Source of the DNA: Eledone cirrhosa
Taxonomy: Eukaryota
NCBI GenBank assembly: GCA_964016885.1
Contig: OZ024748.1
Coordinates: 26,536,001-26,600,000 of the forward strand
Length of the DNA stretch: 64,000 nt
Reading direction: 5' to 3'
Positions 15,001 through 25,743 of the stretch are shown piece after piece; within the stretch, counting starts at the first letter, position 1, and each line of letters opens with the position of its first letter. The position numbers and the translations under genes were made by a program. A model generated the notes under the pieces. It had not been told where the DNA came from. It did not search any database and worked only from the letters and a program-made list of their open reading frames with translations.

Positions 15001-16560
15001 AACCTCTATAACACCTACAGATGAACTCACTAGAATAGAATATACATCAGAGACATCAACTGAAAAATCACGACCTATGACAACACCTTCAAGCACAGCA
15101 GAAAAGATCACTGAAACTATTACAGACACAACAGCAACAACATCACAGCTTACTTCAACAAGTGAAATCCATATAGAAACTCCAAAATCTACTTCTCAAC
15201 TTCCTTATACAACTGACATTGAAACAAGTACAGTGGAAAGAACAACACAAATTACAGATATTGAAACTGAACGCACAACTCAGACAGAAATTACATCACA
15301 ACTAACAACATCTCCTGAAGAGACAACTCTGTCTACTCAGGTAGAGGACATCGAAAAGGTGACACCAACACAAGTTGCTAGCACAATGCATACATCACCT
15401 GAAACAACAGTTGTTTCATCTACTGAACACACCTCTCTAACACCATCTACAGAGGAACTCACTAGTATAAAATATACTCCTGAGACATCAACTGAAAAAT
15501 CACTACCCATGACAACACCTACAAGCACAGCTGAAAAGATCACTGAAACTAGGACAGACACAACAGCAACAACATCACAGCTTCCTTCAACAAGTGAAAT
15601 CCATATAGAAACTCCTAAATCTACTTCTGAACTGCCTCATACAACTGACATTGAAACAAGTACAGTGGAAAGAACAACACAAATTACAGATATTGAAACT
15701 GAACGCACAACTGAGACAGAAATTACACCACAACAAACAACATCTCCTGAAGAAACAACACTGTCTACTCAGGTAGAGGACATCGAAAAGGTGACACCAA
15801 CGCCAATTGCTAGCACAAAGCATACATCACCTGAAACAACAGTTGTTTCATCTCCTGAACACACCTCTATAACACCATCTACACACGAACTTACTAGTAT
15901 TGAATATACAACTGAGACATCAACTGAAAAACCACTACCTATCAAGACACCTACAAGCACAGCTGAAAAGATCACTGAAACTATAACAGACACAACAGCA
16001 ACAACATCACAGCTGCCTTCAACAAGTGAAATCCATATAGAAACTCATAAATCTACTTCTGAACTGCCTCATATAACAGACATTGAAACAAGTACAGTGG
16101 AAAGAACAACACAAATTACAGATATTGAAACTGAGCGCACAACTCAGACAGAAATTACACCACAACTAACAACATCTCCTGAAGAAACAACAATGTCTAC
16201 TCAGGTAGAGGACATCGAAAAGGTGACACCAACGCCAATTGCTAGCACAAAGCATACATCACCTGAAACAACAGTTGTTTCATCTCCAGAACAAACCTCT
16301 ATAACACCTACAGATGAACTTACTAGTATTGAATATACAACTGAGACATCAACTGAAAAACCACTACCTATAACGACACCTACAAGCACAGCTGAAAAGA
16401 TCACTGAAACTATAACAGACACAACAGCAACAACATCACAGCTTCCTTCAACAAGTGAAATCCATATAGACACTCCTAAATCTACTTCTGAACTGCCTCA
16501 TATAACTGACATTGAAACAAGTACAGTGGAAAGAACAACACCAATTACAGATATTAAAAC
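1..16560 (+). repeat. Coding tandem array, ~38.5 units of 429 bp (variants 432, 426, 414 bp)
   Basis: The motif ...TSEIHIETPKSTS...TDIETSTVERTTQITDIETERTT... recurs. Unit spacing read from equivalent positions (591, 1023, 1452, 1881 ... 15993, 16422) is 429/432/414/426 bp. Confidence 0.98.
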
Positions 16561-17705
16561 CAAACCCACAAGTCAGAGAGAAATTACAGCATCAATAATT
16601 GCTACTTCCAATCAAACTTCTTTTTCACCAGAAATAGTATCTACCGAACAAATCTCTTCATCTACTTACGTGACGGACATACACACTTTGAACACAACAC
16701 ATCCTTTTTCTACAATTTTGTCATCTTCATTTAATCCTAGTAGCATTCTGAATGACAGCAACTTAATACATTCAACTGTTTCACCCACTCAAAGAAAATT
16801 ACCCCATTTATTATCTACTGCAACCTTTTCCCAAAATCTCTCTTCTTCACCTACGAATGCTTCCATTTCTACTTTGAGTTCATTGATTTCTAAATTTTAT
16901 AGGTCTTCTTTCTCAACTTCTCTTGTTACAACGCCATTAAAATATTCAACTTCACCTGTATTTTCTGAGCCTCATTTCATTACAATTAATGAAACAGATA
17001 TATCTGAGACAATAAATTCAACTGTACCATTTTACTCTTCAACTATTACCCAGAATTACTCAGGTTTTCCAAAAACTCTAGAAGGAAAACCACCGACTAT
17101 CTTAACTGTGATAACAAGAAAAGTGAAACAACCTGAATTTTCTCTAAAATCAACTTTAAATCCGTCTCAACAAAGTTCAACACTGTCAGTTTTGAAAACA
17201 CTTTATCCTTTGACTTCTATCAAAAGTACTAATGCATCTGAAAGGTATATTACTAAAGAGCCAACTGATGGTGTTGTGGTAAGTAATACAACTGAAATGA
17301 AACAAAAGTCTTACACAATGATAACAGCTGAGACCAGTGCAAAAGCCATCAAACCCTTACCAGTCACAAAGTTAGTCAATGCAACAGAATTCATTGAAAA
17401 GATACATAGCACTCCTCATAGCCTTCTTCAGACAAAACCAAATATAAGTAGTACATTGTTGGTTATTTCAAGAAGTATCAAACAGCATTCTTCAACACCA
17501 ATAAAAATACATTCAACTGAAAAAACTGTTTTGCCTTCCATTATATCCCCAGAGAAAATTAGTCCCTCAAGTCCAAATACGTCTGTGATCATAATATCTC
17601 GGAGAATTAAACCAGTTACTTCAATAATCCCTCCAACAATAACATCAACAACCATGAATATATCTACAAGTGTACAAAATATTACAGTTTTACCATCAAA
17701 GAAAG
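2..17705 (+). CDS. Giant internal coding exon (5'-truncated by the window) of a mucin-like PTS/Glu-rich tandem-repeat protein
   Basis: The frame is open from base 2 (ACT GAA ACA ACA GTT...); the ORF-track start at 266 is only a GTG inside a repeat. There is no stop in ~5900 codons, and all repeat length variants are multiples of 3. It ends at a strong donor AAG|GTAAGA (17705/17706), phase 1. Confidence 0.9.
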
Positions 17706-17791
17706 GTAAGACAACGAATTGTTAATTATCACAAGGAAAAGTTTAAGATCTATTTTCAATGCTTGTATGGGTTAGACGGGTTGTCACATTA

Positions 17792-18054
17792 TAAATAATA
17801 ATAATAATAATAAAATTATTGTGTAAAGTGCTCAGGTGCACTACAACTCATCAAAGGTGCATGTATAGTACATAGAATAATATTCAAATATACATGTGTG
17901 TATGTGTATGGAGGGGGAATATTAGGTGTAGTGTTGGCGAATCTCAGGAAGCATGGAAGTTTTTAAAGGATGCAGTATTTCAACAGCTAATAACTGATGC
18001 AGGTAGTTTGTTCCATGCTTCAGCAACTCTGAGCATGAAAAAATGTTTCCGAAA
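17792..18054 (-). mobile_element. CR1-clade LINE 3' fragment nested inside a SINE tail
   Basis: The minus strand translates to FRKHFFMLRVAEAWNKLPASVIS..ASFK, the typical CR1 ORF2 C-terminus, followed by a (TTA)n tail. The flanks (17743-17791, 18055-18190) join into one SINE family B tail. Confidence 0.75.
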
Positions 18055-18220
18055 TGAGACAAGTCAGGTCAGCTGACTATGTCTTTCTCATATGGAACTG
18101 TATTTGGTTTGGTTTCTGTGGCTGGATGCCTTTCCTAATCCCAAACATATTACAGTGTGGCGAAGGTGCCTTTTTATCGTGGCACCAGCTCGATAATAAT
18201 TATCATTATTTATAATCAGA

Positions 18221-18440
18221 GGCAGTGGATTGGCAGTATTGGTAAAGGGTCAGACGCCATGCTTTGCAGCATAGGGTTATGGCCCTTTATGATCTGAGTT
18301 CAAATCCTGCCGAGATAAACTTTGCCTTTCATCCTTACGGGGGTCGATAAAATAAAGTACCAGTCACGCACTGGGGTCGATTTAATCGACTTTCCCCTCC
18401 CCCAAAGTTGCTGGCCTTGTGCCTATATAAGAAATGATTA
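18221..18440 (+). mobile_element. tRNA-derived SINE family A (long form)
   Basis: A-box-like TGGCAGTATTGG, B-box GAGTTCAAATCC, and body CTTTGCCTTTCATCCTTACGGGGGTCGATAAAATAAAGTACCAGT shared by more than 12 copies in the window. Confidence 0.9.
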
Positions 18441-18944
18441 TTTATCATCATGTTTTCAACAGTTTTCTGCAGGCTTTTTTAATGTGTTGCCAGGTACACA
18501 TCTTCCGAGGTGCGAGTGTCAGATACACACAATGTTGTATTTCAAAAATATAGATTGTCTTCATATACTACACTAGTTGAGCTTTAAAGTGTGGTTTGGT
18601 TTGTTGTTTTGGATTATATTCTAGTGTTTTGCAATATTTTGTTGGATTCTATTCAGGGTTTGTTATATGTTGCATGATCGATTTTATAGCATTCGTTGTG
18701 TAGGGCTACCTTAGGTTTCAAGGCACTGGTGTGGCAGCAACTGCTGACTGCATACAGTGTTACAGAATACATGAAGCAGCTGTGCAATACATAGTTAATA
18801 TCGGAAGTTGCACGTAGAAAGCCCCCCCCCCCCACACACACACACACACCAAAAAAATGTGTCGGCCTATTTTCTAAGGGAGGCAACTCTTGTTTAATCA
18901 CAGTTAGTTGTGATCATGCATGTGTTTCTATGACTGGTGGTGTT

Positions 18945-19281
18945 CATCATCATTTCATTTTACATCCACTTTTTCCCTGCTTGCAAGGGTGGGACGGGAA
19001 CTGATTCTGGCCTGATTTCTACAGCTGGATGCCCTTCCTAACACCAACCTCATTTACAGTGAGTGCTGGGTGCTTTTTTGCCGTGGCACCTACACAACCA
19101 CTTTGCAGTGGAATGATATGGACCCCAGTCCCTATCATCTCATTTGTACAGCTGAGTAAACTGGAGCAATGTGAAATAAAGTGTCTTGCTCAAGGAAACA
19201 ACATATCACCCGGTCTGAGAATTAAACTCACAACCTTTCGATTGCAAGGCTAATACACTAATCACTAAGCCATGTGCCTCC
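18945..19281 (-). mobile_element. tRNA-derived CORE-like SINE family B, near full length
   Basis: On the minus strand: tRNA-like head GGAGGCACATGGCTTAGTG, CORE-like TCCTTGAGCAAGACACTT, then GGTTGGTGTTAGGAAGGGCATCCAGC and a (GAT)n tail. The same tail recurs at ~28469-28720, 33505-33750, 53975-54345, 55225-55610 and 60380-60660. Confidence 0.75.
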
Positions 19282-19817
19282 ATTAATAATTCAAATCAGT
19301 CAATAGTGTGTGGTGTATGCTTTGGAAAACTGTGACATACTTAGATGTAAACAAGTTTTTTATAAATTATCAGAATGCTCTGGAAATTTTCTTCTCTCAG
19401 TATTAAAACTTCTTTTTTATTGTAGTATTTTTCTGTAACATATATCCATGCTTAGAACAACAACAATTGATTTTACAATAACATTTTTGTCATTGCTAGT
19501 GACTTTTTTTTACTGAACTATTATTAGCTTATGGTTGTGAGTGTATTTGGCTATTCTAGTACCTCAGCTTCACTATCACCTGCAATATTACCATGATTGT
19601 TGGGGATTGCCTCAAAATGTTTTAGGGAGCAATACCAGCATTCTTTATCGTAGTGTGTAATTAGGGATGGGTGTGTGTTTTTTCTTTCTCTTTCTGATTC
19701 ATTTTTATTGATTTGTTTCTTTTGTTATATTCATTATAATTTGTGTTTTTCAATAAAATAGATAATATATTTTTTTATTGATTTTCTATAATATTTCTAT
19801 CTTTTATACTTTTTCAG

Positions 19818-20398
19818 GCTCAATCATTTTTGGATTTGATCTACTATCATTGGGGACACGCCGAGCTACATATATTCACAAATTTATCAATGCCTTCATA
19901 CCATATTCTGGTTACAGTCATTATAGTGTTGTTTCATGGAGTAAAAGACCCTTACATGCAAATTTTCCATTATCCAAACATGATTCTGATCGCAAAAATC
20001 CACACATACCTGACTTGGCAGATATAGTGGAAAAAATTAGACATGACCTATTTCCCTCTCCTTTAAAAGAAAAACATCGTTTGGCTTATGGAGATATAGC
20101 ACCAGTTGTTGTTTTGTTTGTCGACCCCATTGAGACAAAACTTACTCTACAGTTAATCAATGAAGTGGAACAACTGAAAGAATCTGGTGCAAGAGTATTT
20201 ATACTAAATATTGGAGTCAGCAAATGGCCAAGACCAGGAACTCTAAAATTACTTAGCAGTAAACCAAGTCATTTAAACATTGCTCACGCTCCATCATATT
20301 TGCAACTTCTAAACAGGGTTTTGAACACTCCTTACCAGTTTCGATTGTTAGCTAATAATTACCAACCTATTACAGTCAAAAACACCAATGCATATTAA
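19818..20398 (+). CDS. Terminal exon encoding a divergent von Willebrand factor type A (VWA)-like domain
   Basis: The motifs follow VWA order: IIFGFD (beta1), YSVVSWS (beta2), LADIVEKIRHDLF (helix), VVVLFVD (beta4), VEQLKESGARVFILNIG (helix-beta5), LKLLSSKPSHLNIAHAPSYLQL. Stop TAA at 20396-20398. Confidence 0.8.
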
Positions 20399-20493
20399 AA
20401 AAAAATCTTTAAAAACACCTAAACTCTAATATTTAGCTAATAGTCAGATATCAAACATGAAATAGCATTGGTAATTCAATGTTGCAATTATAT

Positions 20494-20499
20494 AATAAA
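20494..20499 (+). promoter_or_regulatory. Candidate polyadenylation signal AATAAA
   Basis: First AATAAA ~100 nt after the stop codon; a second lies at 20576-20581. The region is AT-rich, so a chance match is possible. Confidence 0.4.
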
Positions 20500-20769
20500 G
20501 AATAACCTTTAAGAAAGAACTAGATAAAACATAGGAATATCGATATAGTAGTGGAATAGTTAGGTACTGCAGCTAAATAAACAGGCTATGAGATAACTTA
20601 TTTGTAGATGAAAAACAAAACAAGAAAAACAGTGAATAACCAACAGGTGTTATATGATTATTATTTATACAATTTAAAGTATGGGTTTTACTAATTATAA
20701 AGAAAAAACATCTGACTAATTCCTGCTACTAAAAAATACAATGACAAATATTTTATTATTTACCTCTAT

Positions 20770-20984
20770 GAGGTGGATTGGCCAAATCATTAACTGGTCA
20801 GACAAAATACTTAACAGTATTTAGGTGTAGCTCATTATGTTCTGTGTTCAAATCCTGCTGAGGTCAACTTTGCCTTTTATCCTTCTGAGGTCAATAAAAT
20901 AAAGTGTCAGTCAAATACTGGGGTTGATGGAATCAACTTTCCCCCTTTCCTCTAAAATTGCTTACCTTGTGACTAAATTAGAAA
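20770..20984 (+). mobile_element. SINE family A, diverged copy
   Basis: GGTGGATTGG...GTTCAAATCCTGCTGAGGTCAACTTTGCCTTTTATCC matches family A. Confidence 0.8.
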
Positions 20985-21990
20985 CCATAGTTAACTTCTA
21001 TTAGCATATTGTTTAAACTTCTTTTATGGTGAGCAACTCAAATGTTGATGTTATTAATTTTTTCTTTATGGTAACGGAATATTTGAAATGAGAGATATGT
21101 CTCTCCTTTTAATATTTTGTTTTGAAAAATAATTTTAAAAAAAGCAAGTATAAAAAAATTAGATATCAAATAGATAAGGTGGATTTCTTAAATGTGTTTT
21201 CTATACTGTTACAAATAAAATAAGTATTTAAAATTAGATATAAAACCCTCCAAAAACATAGTATTTAAAATTAGATACAGTATTTTTTTTTTTTTTAATT
21301 AAAAAAAATATATATTTTTCCATTAATCAATATATCTGAAAGAGCATTTATGAATTGTTCGTTTTTCTACACATGCCCACCCAACACTCATATTTACAAA
21401 CATTTGAAGTTATTTAGTTGAATCATATAAAGAGTAAAGCAATTAGAAAAACAACTAATTGGTGATGGATATTAGAGGCTCTGCAAGGAGAATGATGTTA
21501 CTCTACATTTTAGGTTCACGTGAGAGCAGGTTGATATAACATTTCATTACCTCCTTCTCAACTTCAGCTTTACACACCTTAGTGTACCTCCAGTTCATGG
21601 AATCTATTTTATCACTGCAACCAATGTTATGTTTCCCCTCATTTTACTCAACCACTGAGTAAAACGTTTGATGCTTTGAGCAAAAATATTTTAAAATCCA
21701 AAGTTACTGTGCAGCAACATTTTTATCTGTGTTGCACCAATACAGCAGATGTGCAGCCCATGCACCAATGCAGCTTAGAGGGAACAATGACTGAGATTAA
21801 TTGCTATTGTCCAATTTCCACAACTAATTACAAAGGAAACAGAGTTAAAATCATTCTAAATACAAATTACAACCCATCAAATATCAGATCTGCCAACATT
21901 ATAAAAGATAATATTTTTTGCAAAGTTCAAAATTTCAAGTTGCTGAGGGGTTATGAAGTTCATAGAAAAATGTAGGACAGTCAAACACAG

Positions 21991-22277
21991 AAAATAACTG
22001 TAAATACTATTGTTTGCTATAAATAACAGCTTAGAAAATTGAGTAAAATACCCATATAGATGGAAAAAAAGTGGCTAGCAGTTGCTACAAGGAATCAAAT
22101 CTTTTGGCTTTCAGATTCTGATGGGTTGTTTAGCTGAATGGTTTGAGCAGTCAACTGGTATCTGAAAGGGTCCATTGCTCGTATCAACTGCTAGCCACTT
22201 TTTCCCATCAATAGGGGTATTTTACCTGATTTTCTTGGCTATTATTTATAACAACCAGCTTTGTTTACAGTTATTTT
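21991..22277. repeat. ~290-bp imperfect foldback (MITE-like palindrome)
   Basis: AAAATAACTGTAAA/TTTACAGTTATTTT, GTAAAATACCC/GGGTATTTTAC, AAAAAGTGGCTAGCAGTTG/CAACTGCTAGCCACTTTTT and CTTTCAGAT/ATCTGAAAG are nested symmetrically. Confidence 0.85.
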
Positions 22278-22575
22278 TTACATCTGAGTTTACAATATTT
22301 TCTATGAACTCCATATTTTTTTAAAACTTGTTTACAAAAGGAACTCATGTATGTAAGAAAATACATGAATATTGATAGAGTACTTTTGCCTGAGTACACA
22401 GGTATGCATGCAAAAACATACAAACACACATGCATGATTGCATATGCACACACACAAATGAAATACAAACCTCAATACTCCGCAGAAGTTATGTAAACAA
22501 ATATCAAACTTCTTAAAAAATTCAAAACATTTTTGGTTTTTTCAAATTAATTATATATGTTGCATTTTTATGCCA

Positions 22576-22630
<55 letters not shown>

Positions 22631-23417
22631 GCAAAAATGTTCCACTGTGAATGTTTACTCTAACACTTTAATAATTTATTCTGTTTGTATTTTGTTTTCA
22701 ATTACTTCTCTAAACTTTCTTTTTTTTCTTCCCAATATATTTTAACATCTGTTAATTAGATATTCTTAATTAATTCTACTTTTTTAATAAACTTTACATT
22801 CAACTTTCATTAGTATTTCTAATCAAATTAAATAAGTTTCTTCCAAAATAACTATTTTAATATATTCTCAAAATGCAGAAATTAGTTTGAAATCTTAGTA
22901 TATGTCATAGAAAATAAATTTTTTTAAATTATAAAAAGTATTGTACCATATTAATATTTCAAATCTAAAATTACGGTCTGCAATGCAGTTTGATAACATC
23001 TTAAGTGCAAATCAATAAAATTTAGCCATAATTTCTAAAATAACTTTTACTTTATATTCTAAGAAAGAAAACCAAAAAATTCTTCTTTCAATGCATAAAA
23101 TCAATGATTTTGAATGGTTACTTTTAACAAATTTAACATGTTTTTAGTTACCAGTTGCAGAAAAGTGTTGTTTCTTTAAAATATTTGCTTTCCTGAAAGT
23201 TCAAATAATGTTATCATCTTCAAATCTACAATCCACAAACAGATCAATGTTTATAGTTAATACAAGAATCTGCAGTTTCTCTGATATTCATAGTAAAATC
23301 TTATGAACCCATAACATTCATATATACTTACATAAAACCTTCTGAGTTAATCACACACATATATATACATATATGTGTGTTGTGTATGTATGTATGTGTG
23401 TGTATATATATATATAT

Positions 23418-23679
23418 CAGTGGCAAAGGGTAACCTGGAAAGCAGGGCATGCAGTCCAATCGCCATGGCGGAAAGTGGGGCTGTTCAGCCTTACCCCCCC
23501 AATTCCCTCTAAATGACCCTCCCGGTCAAAGCCGCATGTAGTGTTATCTAGTGTGTGTGTGTGTGTGTTATCTTTTTATGTGTCTACGATTTAGTAAGCA
23601 GCCAAAATTCTGCTTGCTTCAACCAACGCAATTGATCAACTCAAGATTCTATAACGCGTGCACGCACCCTTCGCCCCTG
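23418..23679. mobile_element. hAT-like MITE inserted in (TA)n
   Basis: Terminal inverted repeats CAGTGGCAAAGGGT / ACCCTTCGCCCCTG, with (AT)n on both flanks. Confidence 0.7.
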
Positions 23680-23729
<50 letters not shown>

Positions 23730-25136
23730 GCAGAAGATAAGGTGCTTATACATGGTTGTTATGCTGTAACTTTATGAGGATAAGTCCATTCAAGCAATCC
23801 AAAAGTACTTCATGTCAGTAGTTTATCCCAGTTAAAAGTTAGTGATTAAGAGTGACAAAGTATTCATTTATCAAATTAAGAGTAGTTAAGATGGGGTTAC
23901 TTCACCATAATTGCTTTATTGCATGATATACATAACAATATGTGTGTGTGTATCTTATGAGTTCATATGTATATCATAATCTATATATACAATAATTCTT
24001 TGTTTCTAAATAACAATGGAAAGTTAAAAGTAATTAATCAATTTTAATGGTTGTTTTTTTTTGCTGCCAGTTTTAAAATATTTAACCAAATTCCTATACA
24101 GTACTAAAACTAGATTAAAAAAAGTACCAGTCTAGTACTGAGAACAATTCATCCCCTATATCTTTTTCTCTGAAAGAAATCTGCTGTATTCAGGTCTGGA
24201 GAGGAGATTGGTTCTGACAGGTTTTAAAATGCCCTAGAAATATTGTATGTCAATATGGTGCTCCTTCAACCCCTTCGGGAGTTACAGGTCCATACCATAC
24301 TAAAACTCATGAAAATCGTGCTTTACCCGAGTTGCTATGATTCCATTTTACCAAATAACATGCAGATATGTTCAATTATAAATGGATAACCATGATTAAA
24401 AGTAAATGAAAACACAGCCGTCACCATTTATAAAAACAATAAAATGTCACAAAATCAAAAGACATCAAATATAGGTAAAATTCCGTTATAACGAATTGTT
24501 CAGTATAACAAAATGTTTTTCAATCCCTGAAGTAATAACAAACAAATGCTTAATTTGTTTCGGTCGATCTCATTATAAAGAAGTTTACGTTACAACTTTT
24601 TTATACCTCATGAATTTCGTTATAACAGAATTTCATTGTATATGAAGTTATCAGTGAACTAGAGGGGAATTTTGAAACCTGGGAACTTCTGACATTTTAC
24701 TTTCAACTTTTACTTACCAACTATGCTATGAAATTATGCAAGATACTGTAAGCTATAAAAAGTAGGAATTTGATAATTATAAAAACAATATGGATGTATT
24801 TAATGTTGGATAACCAAATAAAAGGAAGAAGCCAATTTTCCAGATTGGAACAAGGTAAAACTACATTTCCATTGGTCTTTCCATTGCTGATACTATCTGT
24901 TAGTCACAACTTCTGGTGAAAATAACCACATAAATGATCTGCCAAAATTTGTATTGTTTGACAATGTAAGAAAAGACTTAAGGAGACTATTGTTACACAG
25001 ATTGCAGCATTAAAGTTCCTGGCAAAAGTAAATTTGTCACACAGCCTCATGGCTTCCATAACAACTGAAGATCCTCTTTGCTACATGAAGACCAGTAAAG
25101 CACAATGTTACATACAGTAGTGACAAATCCAGAGTT

Positions 25137-25310
25137 TTACAATACCACATTCAAATCGCTATCCAGAACACCAAATGAAATGCTCCTAGAAAATAAAAAG
25201 ACAAGAAAATATAAACAACAGAGTTATAGCAGCCCCAACATTCTGTCTTTCTTTTCCTTAATGATATCTCTACCTGTGTGTAGACATTTTTACAGGATCA
25301 AGCAATTCTG
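25137..25310 (-). CDS. Two candidate terminal coding exons (25274-25310 and 25137-25185) of an unidentified minus-strand gene
   Basis: TTTTTTAG acceptor, AG|GTAGAG donor, and an 88-nt intron ending TTTTATTTTCTAG. The spliced frame reads ELLDPVKMSTHR-SISFGVLDSDLNVVL*. No homology recognised. Confidence 0.35.
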
Positions 25311-25380
25311 CTAAAAAAGGAATATTACCAAAAACATTATGGACTAGACATTTCAATAGTAGCTTCATAATTGCTAGGGA

Positions 25381-25743
25381 TGTAACAACAACAACAAGAC
25401 AATTGCCAATGGTGTAACAATAACAAGACAATTGCCAATGGTGTAACAACAACAACAACAACAACAACAAGACAATTGCCAATGATGCAATAACAACAAG
25501 ACAATTGCCAATGGTGTTACAACAACAACAAGACAATTGCCAATGAATGGTGCAACAACAAGACAATTGCCAATGGTGTAACAACAACAAGACAATTGCC
25601 AATGGGGCAACAACAACAAGACAATTGCCAATGGTGCAACAACAACAAGACAATTGCCAATGGTGCAACAACAACAAGACAATTGCCAATGGTGCAACAA
25701 CAACATGACAATTGCCAATGGTGTAACAACAACAACAACAACA
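25381..25743 (+). repeat. Minisatellite, ~11 copies of GACAATTGCCAATGGTG(T/C) + variable (AAC)n
   Basis: Read directly. It produces the spurious HHWQLSCCC ORFs. Confidence 0.95.

Larger units (their letters stand above)
17706..19817 (+). other. Phase-1 GT-AG intron of the mucin-like gene
   Basis: GTAAGA donor, and a long T-rich tract ending in TTTTCAG. G + GC rebuilds a Gly codon in frame with the 19778-20398 ORF. The interval is filled with SINE/LINE pieces. Confidence 0.8.

Noticed and set aside
370-16473. Dozens of minus-strand 73-118 aa ORFs (MSVIVSVIFSAV..., MLCASNW...) resembling a tandem family of membrane or Cys-rich peptides
   Set aside because: They are antisense shadows of the ACN-rich Thr codons in the + strand repeat, recurring once per unit with no independent gene signals.
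17706-17725. ORF C-terminus GKTTNC*
   Set aside because: It lies past a consensus donor and is most likely intron read-through; a short isoform cannot be excluded.
18221-18310. tRNA genes at SINE heads
   Set aside because: A and B boxes are present, but I see no cloverleaf and each continues into the shared SINE body.
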